DNA of 64,000 nucleotides, from contig OX597840.1 of NCBI GenBank assembly GCA_951406725.2, positions 20,770,001-20,834,000 on the forward strand, written 5' to 3'. Positions within the stretch are counted from its first letter, which is position 1. The number at the start of each line of letters is the position of its first letter. This DNA is from Octopus vulgaris. Lineage: Eukaryota. The notes beneath the pieces were generated by a model. It saw nothing but the letters and a program-made list of their open reading frames with translations, did no database searches and had not been told where the DNA came from. The position numbers and the translations under genes were made by a program. Below are positions 33,344 through 46,380 of the stretch, in pieces.

Positions 33344-36300
33344 ACAGGCTTCTTTCAGTTTCCATCTGCCAAATCCCCTCACAAGACTTTGGCCAACCTG
33401 AGGCTATAGTACAAGATACTTGCCCAATGTGTCACACAGTGGGAGTGAACCCGGAAGCATGTGGTTGCGAACCAATTTACTGGTTGTACGAGTCCCAGTA
33501 CACAAGACAGTACCTACTTTACTAACATGTACCTGTTGCACCTGATGCAGGAATGGGTGTATATAAATGGTATGATAAAAGGCGGCAAGCTGGCAGAAAC
33601 GTTAGCACGGCGGGCGAAATGCGTAGCCATATTTCGTCTGCCGCTACGTTCTGAGTTCAAATTCCACCGAGGTCGACTTTGCCTTTCACCCTTTCGGGCT
33701 CGATTAAATAAGTACCAGTTACGCACTGGGGTTGATGTAATCGACTTAATCCATCTGTCCTCTCTATGTTTAGCCCCTTGTGGGTAGTAAAGAAATAGGT
33801 ATGATAAAATGATGACCCCTACATGAATGGTACTGATAAAAAGAAGCGGGGTATATCCCCTTAGACAGTATAATTACCTTTAACGAGACACAGGACACTT
33901 CATGTTCAGTCTCATAGTCAGAATAACTGCCAATCTGTAATTAAAGACAAATGATAATTAGTAAATAACATCTAATGCTTTGGTGTACAGCAGCGATCCG
34001 TAACCATATTTCGGACCAAGTTCCATTCAAGACAATTTTATATTTTATAATAGATCAATCACATCATAAACCACAGTATAATACATCATTTAGATGTTAT
34101 TACATATATTATATATATTACATTGGCAACAGACAAGTCCCTCAACCCCTTGGGGGTCTTGTGGTTGCTGTAGCCATGCAGTGTATCTAGGGAGAGAAAG
34201 CCTGGTAGAGCCTATTCCTTTCCAAGCTAAATTCATTTTTGCCAGCTGAGTGGACTGGAGCACTGTGAAGTGAAGTGTTTTGCTCAAGAACACAACAGAT
34301 GGCCCAGTCCAGGATTCGATGAAGGAACAAGAGCTCTGATGAAGGGACAATAACTCCTGAAATATGTATATACACCCATTGTTTTTCTATCTCCGGCTGT
34401 ATTGTTTGCATAGATGTATTCATATGTGAAATGTCATAACTCTCAGTGCTGGCTCTAATCTATTGAGAGATGCACTTAAAAAATGAAAACAACACATTAT
34501 TAATACAAAGTAGGATACAGTGTTAACTTATAAAGTGTTTAGAATATTATGGTTGCAAAACGAAATATGGTGTACCAACCACCAATTAATAGATATAAAT
34601 ATTATAGAAACATAGAGTGAGCCATACTTACTACTCTGGTCTGTAGTTCAGGAAGGAGATCAGCAGTGACAGTCAGTTCTTCCGATTCCTTTGGGTGTGG
34701 GATTAATATGTCTAGAGAGTAGAGGAGAAAGAGAAAGAGAAAGTGTACTTTCATATCATCATCATCATAATTTAGCATCCGTTGTCCATGCTGGCATGGG
34801 TTGGACGGTTTGACCAGGGCTGGCAAGCTGGGGAGCTGCACTAGGCTCCAATCTGATTTGTATATAATTTGTTCATGTGCACACATGGTTTTCAGTTGGT
34901 GGTTTATTTTAGAGGTAGTAGATAATTTCTACTACCTAGGGGACCAAATTAGTAGTGGGGGAGGGTGCACGGAGAGTGTGACAGCCACAATAAGAACAGG
35001 AGGGAGGAAATTCAGAGAGCTGTTACCTCTGTTGGCCATGAAAGATTTCTCTCTCTGGGTGAAAGGAAGATTGTGTGACGCATGTATATGGACAGCAATT
35101 CTACATGGTAGTGAGACATGGGCCCTGAATGCAGAGGAAATGCAACGGTTAGAAAGGAAAGGGGCTAGTATGTTCCGCTGGATGTGTAATGTAAACATAC
35201 ATGTTCGATAGAGGGCTAGTGTTCTGAGAGAGAGTTAGGCATAAGAGGAAATGGTTGCTGTGTGCAAGAGAGAAAAGGTTGCACTGGTTTGGTCATGTGG
35301 GTTGGATGGTTTGACTGAGGATTGGTGTGCCAGAGGCTGCACCAGACTCCGTTCTTGATCTGGCAAAGTTTCTACAGCTGGATGCCCTTCCTAACACCAA
35401 CCACTCTAAGAGTGTAGTGGGTACTTTTATGTGCCACCGGCACGAGGGCCAGTCAGGCGGTTCTGGTAACAACCATGCTAAAAAGGCATTTTTACGTGCT
35501 ACCTGCACAGGAGCCAGTCTGGTGGCACTGGCAACAACCACACTTGAATGATGTTTCCCATGTGCCACCAGCACATGTGCCGGTAAGGCGACGCTGGCAA
35601 CGATCACGGCTGGCACATTACATTTGACAGAGAAATCTGAATGCTAAAGGGTTAAACAAATAAGAAGGAAATGAACTGGGATAATTTAATGAGCGCACTA
35701 ATTAACAAAGTCTAAAAGAACACCATGTGCAATGTTTGGCCACAATTACGGCAATTTGGGGATATGGACACTGGCCACTTCCCCCACCAGAGACATTGTC
35801 TGTAATTTCAGGAAGCAGTCGACGAGTGGTGACTGATCAGAGACTACCACTCCGTTTAGTCGTGAAGCCAGCAGTTCCAATGAAGAATGCAAACTACAAG
35901 ATCACCGTTGACTCAAACAAATTAGAATTAAATGAAATAAAAGAATGACAAATAAAGGAATCTCTTACCAGCCTTGTGAGATAACTGACGGATCTTCTTG
36001 TTCAAGGAGCTGATTTCTTTGTCGATGTCGTCATAGCGGACGTCACGAGAATCGACCATCGGAGGGGTGAACAGGTCTGGGTCACTACCCAGGTAGGAGA
36101 CTTGCAGGTAACCATTCTCTGTTAGGCTAACAACTAAACCCTTGATGCCCCTACGGCAGCAACAGAGAACAAGGGAGAGAGATTGAAAAGATTTGTCAGG
36201 GAGAGACATGAGGCAACAAAGTGGTTAAATACAGAAAACCCAAAACAAATCTCAACAGATCCTACAAACTAAAATGCAAGTGCTACCAGTGAAAAACTCT

Positions 36301-38984
36301 GCATACCAGAAGCCAGCAAGTGTATGGGGTCATCAGGAGAGAATGCATGCCGTTTCGAGGCCTACCAGTCAGACACACAAACATACACACACACACACAC
36401 ATATATATATACATATATATACGACAGGCTTCTTTCAGTTTCCATCTACCAAATCCACTCACAAGGCTTTGGTTGGGACGAGGCTATAGCAAAAGTCACT
36501 TGCCCAAGGTGCCAAGCAGTGGGACTGAACCTGGAACCATATGGTTGGGAAGTAAGCTTCTTACCACACAGCCACTCCCGCACATATACATGGGCTTCTT
36601 TCAGTTTCCATCTAAGACATGCATACAAAGCTTCGGTCCTGAAACCATGTGGTTGGAAAGCAAACATTTTAACCATCCAGTCACACCTGTGTCTGTAGCC
36701 ATACCTGGTCCTATAAAGATGCTTGCACCTGTTATCCACACCTGAACCATGAAGCCCCCCCCCCGTCTCTGCCTATATATAAATAAGAGTAACTTACTGG
36801 AAGGTGCCAGTACAGATATGAACTGGGGTGTGGTCCATTTTGGCTGCCCACAGGAGCTCCACATCTTGATAGACCAATAGAGATGCTGCATGAGTGGCCA
36901 CAAGAAACTTCACTGAGTCTGAAGGGATAAAACAATGCAGGGACAGTTTCACTGATATGGTCAGGTAGAGAGGTTACAGAAAAAAAAGGGGTCAAGAATT
37001 TAAGGAAATCTTTGGTAAACACAAGAAGAAGGATCTTCCTGAAAAAGATCCCAGGAACTGTTTCACTGATATGGTCAGGTAGAGAGGTTACAGAAAAAAA
37101 AAAGGGTCAAAAAGTTAAGGAATTCTTTGGTAAACACAAGAAGAAGGATCTTCCTGAAAAAGATCCCAGGAACTGTTTCACTGATATGGTCAGGTAGAGA
37201 GAGGTTACAGAAAAAAAAAAGGGTCAAGAATTTAAGGAAGTCTTTGGTAAACACAAGAAGAAGGATCTTCTTGAAAAAGATCCCAGGAACTGTTTCACTG
37301 ATATGGTCAGGTAGAGAGGTTACATAAAAAAAGGGGTCAAGAATTTAAGGAAATCTTTGGTAAACACAAGAAGAAGGATCTTCCTGAAAAAGAACCCAGG
37401 AACTGTTTCACTGATATGGTCAGGTAGAGAGGTTACAGAAAAAAAAGGGGTCAAGAATTTAAGGAAGTCTTTGGTAAACACAAGAAGAAGGATCTTCCTG
37501 AAAAAGATCCCAGGAACTGTTTCACTGATATGGTCAGGTAGAGAGGTTACATAAAAAAAAGGGGTCAAGAATTTAAGGAAATCTTTGGTAAACACAAGAA
37601 GAAGGATCTTCCTGAAAAAGAACCCAGGAACTGTTTCACTGATATGGTCAGGTAGAGAGGTTACAGAAAAAAAAAAGGGTCAAGAATTTAAGGAAGTCTT
37701 TGGTAAACACAAGAAGAAGGATCTTCCTGAAAAAGATCCCAGGAACTGTTTCACTGATATGGTCAGGTAGAGAGGTTACAGAAAAATAAAGGGTCAAGAA
37801 TTTAAGGAAATCTTTGGTAAACACAAGAAGAAGGATCTTCCTGAAAAAGATCACAGGAACAGTTTCACTGATATGGTCAGGTAGAGAGCTTACAGAAAAA
37901 AAGGGTCCTACTGAAAAATGTTAAAAATGTGATGGAATTTAACACGATGGTTAAGTTGAAAGGTCAAGTCCAAAGATCAAAGGTCATGTTTTAACCTTTT
38001 TTTACCATATTTCTCTTGAGAAAGTCTGTGTTTATTTCAATTAATTTTAAATGTTACAAAGAATGTAATAAAATCACTTTGTTGTTATTAAGCTTGTGGT
38101 AGCAATGTAAATCAAGAGTAAGTTTTGGTGGAAAATTTTAATTCAGAGCTTTTGAAAACAAGACATTCGTACTACAGAGCCAGGCATGGTCAGATGGATT
38201 GGTATCGAAAGGGTTAAAAGTTGAGTTGCAAGGAAGACAGAAGAGAGGATGCTCTAAAAATAGTTGGAGGCAGGATGCTGAGGTAGAGCTAAAAAAACAG
38301 GGATCTGACTGGAGCAAATCAGGGAAGAAGGTGTAGAGGAGAGAACAGCAGGGAAAAGTTATGAATGGCCAATGTTCGATAAGGCATTTATTTGAACAAA
38401 ATGGACAAATATGGCAAAAGAAAAAAATACAGGGAATAACGTTTGAAACTTACTTGACACATAGGAACAGAAACAGCTGACATCATATTCCAGTTTCTTC
38501 ATGAAATGCAAACAACCGTTCTCTGTCAGCAAATATATGTTACGCTCACCTGGAAAGAGAAACCAACAGAAATTTGGCTCCATACATCTAGCTTAGGGTT
38601 GTAAATCCAATTTGGAGTCTAAAGATTAATTAGGGAGATATAAATCTAATCAGTTAAGCCTTTAGCATTCAGATCACTCTGTCAAATATACGATGGGGTA
38701 GGGCTGAAAAGATCCTGGGTATTGCGAAAGGTCTGGTTGGAGGCCCAGCCTTCTGAGTTCTTTTAAATGGCTTAGGAAAACTGAAGGACCACTGCGATAA
38801 GTGAGTGAACCTGAGAGGTGAATATGTTGAATAAAATCATAATTAACTGGTCCTCCTTTTATTTTATTTTACTCAAAGCCAGAAACTTTTCAGCCCCACC
38901 CCTTGTATATATAAGTAAACATTTAAGTATAGGGTATGTTCTTACTCCATTTTATATATATGCATATATGTGTGTGTGTGTGTA

Positions 38985-39041
<57 letters not shown>

Positions 39042-41866
39042 GTGTGTGTGTGTATGTGTATATATATGTGTGTATGTATATATATATATATATATATATA
39101 TAAATATATATATAAAATATATATCTATATATTTATGTATACACACACACACACGATAAGGTGCTAAAAAGTTCCTGGATTTAAGGATATCATGAAAGGC
39201 CTGATTGAAGGCCCAACATACTGTGTTCTTTTATAGCACACAAATCAAAATTATGGGACTGTGAGTGTGGACTGTATACGTGAGTGCAGGCCTCTGTGTG
39301 TAGTGTGAGCCTGTGTGAGTGTGGGCCTTCCATACAGAACTTACCAAGAACCAAAATGAAACACAATGTTTCCTGGGCACAGTATGTGATTGTTGTGATG
39401 TCCAATGCATTTTCTTCGATGCCATACACCCAGTGCGGCTGCAAAGACAGGAAGAACACATAAAGAACAGATTAAAAAAGGAAGCTTGTGAAACAGGCAG
39501 AAATAATGGCACACAACGAGGAATTCTTTATTTGGATCCACAAGTGCCAGGTGACCTTGCCAGAGCTGGCACCATGGGAAAATGTATCCAGTCCACTCTG
39601 TAAAGTGATTGGTGTTAGGAAGGGCACCCAAAGGTGGCGAGCAGGCAGAAACGTTAGCATGTCGGGCGAAATGCTTTGCAGTATTTCGTCCGTTGCTACG
39701 TTCTGAGTTCAAATTCCGCCAAGGTCGACTTTGCCTTTCATCCTTTCAGGGTCGATTAAATAAGTACCAGTTACGTACTGGGGTCGATATAATCGACTTA
39801 ATCCATTTGTCTGTCCTTGTTTGTCCCCTCTGTGTTTAGCCCTTTGTGGGCAGTAAAGAAATAGGAAGGGCACCCAGCTATAAGAAACCTGCCAAAACAG
39901 GCCTCTCCAGTGCAAGTGTCACATGAAAAGCACCTAGGACATTCTGTAGTGGTAGGCATTTGGAAGGGCATCCAGCTGTAAAAATCATGCCAAAACTGAC
40001 CTCACTTGTGCTGGTGCCACATAAAAAGCATCCAGTTCACTCTGTAAAGTGGTTGGCATTAGGAAGGGCATCCAGCTGTGAAAACCAAGCCAAAACAGAC
40101 ATTGTAGTTTGGTGCAGTCCTTTGGCTTGCTAGCTGCTATCAAACCCTCTAACTCATGCCAGCATGGAAAAACAGATGTATGATGATGTCTTGCTCGGGG
40201 ACACAATGTGCCACCGGGAATCGAACCTTTGACCATCTGCCAAACCGCTAAGTTATGGGAATGCAAACACACCAACACCAGTTGTCAAGCGGACATACAC
40301 AAATATATACATACATACATGACAGGCTTCTTTCAGTTTCCATCTACCAAATCCATACACAAGGATTTGGTTGGCTCAAATATAGTAGGAGACACTTGTC
40401 CAAGGTTCCACACAGTGGGACTGAACCCAGAACCATATGGTCGGGAATCAAGCTTCTTACCACACAACCATGCGTGCACCTTTATATCTTACCACACAGC
40501 CACACCTGCACCAGGTGAGTAATATATTGGAAAGGTATGTCCTGGGCATACCATTATGACCGTTAACTTCAGTGATAGATAGGTCTCTGCCATACAGTCA
40601 TTACAAATACTACAGTTCTCCTATCTTCACCACCATACCATTGATTGGAATTCTATATTCCATGAAAACTACAACATCTTACAACCATCTGACAAACAAT
40701 AACTCTGAGCACTTTTTCAAACTCCACCCGTCTAACACCCGTGGACATATTTACAAAGTAAGAAAACAGCACAGCTCCCATGACTTTAGGAAACGAAGCG
40801 TGGAACAAACTGCCGGCATTAGTTGTTAGTTGTCGGAGCACTGCATCCTTCAAAACTTCCAAGTTATGGTGCACCTGAGCACTGTATACAATAATTTCAT
40901 TATTATTATTATTATCGTTTGAAACAAGAACAATAACTTCAAAAGCCAACGAACCGTTACACGTTTGCCCTGTTTTATATTCTGCGATTCTTCTTTGGTT
41001 TTAGAATCTGTTGCCACTGCAAGAACTTGGTATCTGCGGAAATAGAAAAAACGTGAGCATGAAATAACTGAACGGAATTGAAGCAACGGAGCAGATCAGA
41101 GGCTGGTCTACTGAGGGACATAGATTCTGGTATGAGACGTTTTGGCACAGCTGTTTTGGTGCCGCCCATTCGGCGCTGATGATTTCATGCTGACTTGTTT
41201 GACATCAGACCTTTTAATGTTTTTCTTACTCTCTCTCTCTCTCTCTCTTTATCTATCTATCTATATATATATATATATATATCACTTTCTCTTTCTTACT
41301 CTCTCTCTCTACCTATCTATCTATCTCACTCTCTCTTTCTTACTCTCTCTCTCTCTATCTATCTCACTCTCTCTTTCTTACTCTCTCTCTCTCTCTATCT
41401 ATCTATCTCACTCTCCCTTTCTTACTCTCTCTCTATCTATCTATCTCACTCTCTCTTTCTTACTCTCTCTATCTATCTATCTCACTCTGCCTTTTTTACT
41501 CTCTCTCTATCTCTATCTATCTATCTCACTCACTCTCTATCTATCTATATATCTATCTATCTCACTCTCTCTTTCTTTCTCTCTCTCTCTCTCTCCCTGT
41601 TTATTTGTGCAAGTAGAAACAAAGTGTTTTTGTCAATCATGTTCAATTAATTCATTGCAATGTCTCTCACTCTTCCTCTCTATCTCCTTCTCTCACTCTC
41701 CCTTTCTCTCCCTCTTTCTCTCACTCAATCTGTATGTGTGCACTTCTGCGCATGCATGCATGTGTGTGTGTGTGTGTGTGTCTACAATCACATGCACACA
41801 ATGACAGTAGCTGACAAAGTAGCAACGAGTGAATGAGAAGTAGTAGTAGTGGTGGTGGTGGTAGTG

Positions 41867-41925
<59 letters not shown>

Positions 41926-41944
41926 GGTAGTAGTAGTAGTAGTG

Positions 41945-42006
<62 letters not shown>

Positions 42007-42007
42007 G

Positions 42008-42038
<31 letters not shown>

Positions 42039-43929
42039 TAGTAGTAGTAGTGGTGGTGGTGGTGGTGGTGGTGGTGGTGGTGGTGGTATGTAGGTAACTG
42101 ACTTACTTGTAGCATTCGACCAAACGACTCGAAGACACGGTGACCAGTGAGTCGGTGCTGGGGACGTACTTCATGGGGCCCGGGATGAAAGCTGCCGGAA
42201 GGAAGCGTGTGAATGCATAGCTCTCCTGTTCAAACACGGACACTGTACCATCGAGGGACTGGACGCAGATGAAGTCTTTGCCTAGAGAGACACACAGACA
42301 CAGACACGTAAGCCAGGAAGGTTATAGCACAGTCGTGAATAGAGGAAGTAATTTCAATAATCAACACAAACATCATCATTGCCATTATTATGGCAACGAC
42401 CACTTTTATCATCATCATCATCATCATCATTGTCATCATCATAGTCATTTTTATCATCATCATCATCACAAACACCCCTCTTACCATCATCATCATCATC
42501 AGCATGACAACCTCCACTTTTACAATCACTGTCATCATCAACAACATTATATTCAATAACGTTTTATTACCTTGGATCGTAGGGTGACCAGCTGTGCTTG
42601 AGTCAAGTACATCAACATCAAAATAAAAATCAAATGGAAATTGTAGTTGTGATACCTCTGCCGGTGGCACGTAAAAAGCACCATCTGAACGTGGCCAATA
42701 CCAGCGCTGCCTTGACTGGCTTCCGTGCCGGTGGCACATAAAAAGCACCCACTACACTCACGGAGTGGTTGGCGTTAAGAAGGGCATCCAGCTGTAAAAA
42801 CACTGCCAGATCAGACTGGAGCCTGATGCAGCCTCCTGACTTCCCAGACCCCGGTCGAACCGTCCAACCCATGCTAGCAAGGAAAACAGACATTAAACGA
42901 TGATGATGATGATATATATATATATATACATATATTCTGAATAGTTCTTTCTACTCAGCATTGGTCAGCCTGAGGCTATAGTAGAAGACACTTGCCCAAA
43001 GTACCACACAACAGGACTGAACTGAAAACCCAATCATTGCAAAGCTAAGTTCTTAACCACACAACCATGCCTGTACCTAGAGAAATTTGAAGACTGTCTT
43101 ACCATAGACATTTCCGAACGGACCGTAGCAGAAGTTGTAGACGGATCGCTGCAGGTTGTGTTCATACATGTGATAGAGCTGATAATGGTTGCCTTGTTCC
43201 ACATGACCGGTCACAGCTGAAATATAGAGTTTGATACAGTTCAATTGTAATTATCGTCATTTTAACACCCATTGTATGGATCAGACAGATTTTATTGAGG
43301 CAGGAGTAATGGCCCCATGGCTGAGTGATTTGGGTATTCTGCTCACGATCGCAAGGTCATGAGTACTTATTCTATCAGTTGCTTTTGCCGAACTGCTAAG
43401 TTATGGGGACATAAACATACCAACACCGGTTATCAAGCAGTGGCAGGGAGGATAAACACAGACACAAAGACATGCACACACACACACATACAATGGGCTT
43501 CTTTCAGTTTCCATCAACCAAATTCACTCACAGAGCTTTGGAGACATCACAAGATTACTGTCCAAGGTGCCACGCAGAGGGACTGAATCCAAAACCATGT
43601 GGCTGGGAAGCAAACTTCTTACCACCCAGCCATGCCAGTCTCTACAGAAAAGCAGGATGGTCAAGACCCAGGGCTAAATAACAATAAATTGCTGTCACAT
43701 TCTACAGAAAGAACCGACTGAACAACCAGAATAAATTTGCTGCTACCAACCTGTGACGCCATAAACACTTAATTTCTGTGGGTGGAGAATAGCCAGGTAT
43801 AATTTGTCGGTGCCGCTGGAAGTAGAGAAAGAGAATAAAGACAAATCAGTTTTGGTCCCCAAAAACACATCAATGGAATTGGTAAATCCTCAGAGACACA
43901 CTCACTCTTGCATTTATACACATTTGCAG

Positions 43930-43981
<52 letters not shown>

Positions 43982-46349
43982 GTATCCCTCTCTCTCTTTC
44001 GGAGAGGCACTGAGCAGTTATACGCACACATACACAAACGGCAGTAACTTCCACCTACCGAATCCAATCACAAAGCTCCGGTCGGCTCGGGGCTATTGTG
44101 GGAGACACATACCCAAAGTGCCACGCAGTGGGACTGAACCCGAAACCATGTAGCTAGGAAGCAAGCTCCCTAACCACACAGCCATGCATATAAAATATAT
44201 GCATACATACATACATATATGTATGTACCTACATCTACATGTTTATATACATGCATATATATATGTATATATATGTATATGAGTACAGGACACACCACAA
44301 ATAAACATAGAACTCAACGAGAAACGAAAACATAAATCAAACAAGGAAACGGACTTTTTTTTAACAACGAAAAAACAGAGTACAAGACAAACAATACAAG
44401 GAAAATTCCCCTTCATCAGCTGCCCCTGGTTCGGCTCAATGCGTATATATATATTTCTTTACTACCCACAAGGGGCTAAACATAGAGGGGACAAACAAGG
44501 ACAGACAAAGGGATTAAGTCGATTACATCGACCCCAGTGTGAAACTGGTACTTTATTTATCGACCCCGAAAGGATGAAAGGCAACGTCGACATCGGCGGA
44601 ATTTGAACTCAGAATGTAACGACAGACGAAATACTGCTAAGCATTTCGCCTGGCACGCTAACGTTTCTGCCAGTTCGCCACCTATATATATATATATATA
44701 CGAGAGGTTTTAGTATCCAGAGGACCCAAAAGGCAGGTGAGGCTATGTAAGTGCTATGGAAAGATCGCTGTTAGACTCCCGGTTCAATGAATGAGGAGTC
44801 TAACGTAGATTGTGTGTGAGCATGTATATGTTGAATAAAATGAGACAACAAAGCCAAGGCTGTGTGAAATTTCTAGGACATTTTATAAAGGGAAGGGTGG
44901 CCTTACAGCTGTTTCGGGGATATAAAGGATATCCCATCATCAGACGTAAAAACAGCAAAAAGAAAAAAAACAGAAATCAATCAAATCACAAATATTGATT
45001 TCCAATTTTGGCACAAGGCCAGCAATTCTAGAGGAGGGAGTAAGTTGATTCCATCAACCCCCAGCATTTAACTGGTACTTATTTTATGAACCCCAAAAAG
45101 ATAAAAGGCAAAGTCAACCTGAGTGGGATTTGAACTCAGAATGTAAGGACAGACAAAAATGGTGCCAAGCATTTCGCCCAGCATGCTAACCACTGTACCA
45201 GCTCACCAGTCAAACCAGTCGAACCAATTCTGCTATATGGCTCAGAAACCTGGACGTTATCAAAGAAGCTTGAGAGGCGGTTGGATGGAACCTACACTCG
45301 CCTTCTCATGAGAGCTCAAAATCTCTCGTGGAGGCGTCATCCAACCAAAATGCAAATATATGGGAAACTACCACCTGTGTCATCTCTTGTGAAAAGCAGG
45401 AGAGTCCAGTTTGCTGGACATTGTTGTAGAGCTGAAAACGAGGCAATTTCTACTCTTCTCCTCTGGAAGCCATCTGCTCGCAACACCAGAGGGCGAACAC
45501 TCTCCTACTCTGATGTAAGCTCCAGGGATACAGGCATCCAGCAACAGGACATCCGTAATGCCATGATGGACCGTGAAGTCTGGCGTAGCATGGTAAATTC
45601 CATTGTCTCGACCACGGTCGAACAATGATGATGATGACCAGCTCACCACCTTATTAAATATATTAATATCGGCTTCCAACTTTGGCACAAGGCCAGCAAT
45701 TTCGGGGAAGGGGTTCTGTCGATTACATTGACCCCAGCATTCGACTGGTGCCTATTTTATTGACACTCCACCCACCGCCAAAATGATGAAAGGCAAAGTC
45801 CACCTCGGCAGAAAGGACAGACAAAAATACTGCCAAGCATTTTGCCCAGATTCTTCCAGCTTGCCATCTTAGGCAGGTCACAAACGTTAAACAAGTTTTG
45901 CTACTCACGACACGAATTGGCCAGCAGAAATCTGTAGGATGGGAAGCTGAAACGGGGTCTCGAGGAGAAGGTGCTGGGGACTGAAACCACTCCATCCATG
46001 ATCGGTTTTGGTAGGTTGCGGGTTGTAGATCCGGAGCATTCCTTGGAAACTCCCAGTGATGATTTGATCTGTAACAAAAGAGGAACGGATGGAGACGGAA
46101 ATAGCAACTGCCAGGTGTGGCAATACAGGTGAGAGGTTTGCCTCTCAGACCCTTGTCAGTGGATTTGGTAGATGGAATTCCTCCGATCGGTAATTCCGTG
46201 TACTCTTCGCTGAATGATAAAAATTGTCTGGAGTATATATTGATAATAATGATAATAAAAATAATAAAAAGTATGGAAACTTTTTACATAAAAATAAATG
46301 AATTTTGTGGATGTACAAGTCTCAATATTCTTTATTATTATAAATATTT

Positions 46350-46380
<31 letters not shown>

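Noticed and set aside
34187-34423. Additional BBS9 exon
   Set aside because: Exons 11 and 12 already join in phase; sequence runs into a SINE and a hammerhead-like relic
35727-35948. Plus-strand BBS9 paralogue
   Set aside because: Only a partial single exon with no donor and no other exons; treated as an inverted duplicate
36941-37907. CRISPR-like array
   Set aside because: Whole units repeat with no unique spacers; intron of an animal gene; no cas genes
43982-44185. Hyper-edited SINE copy (also 52417-52615)
   Set aside because: Differences from family A are mixed transitions and transversions shared by two copies, so a subfamily rather than A-to-G editing
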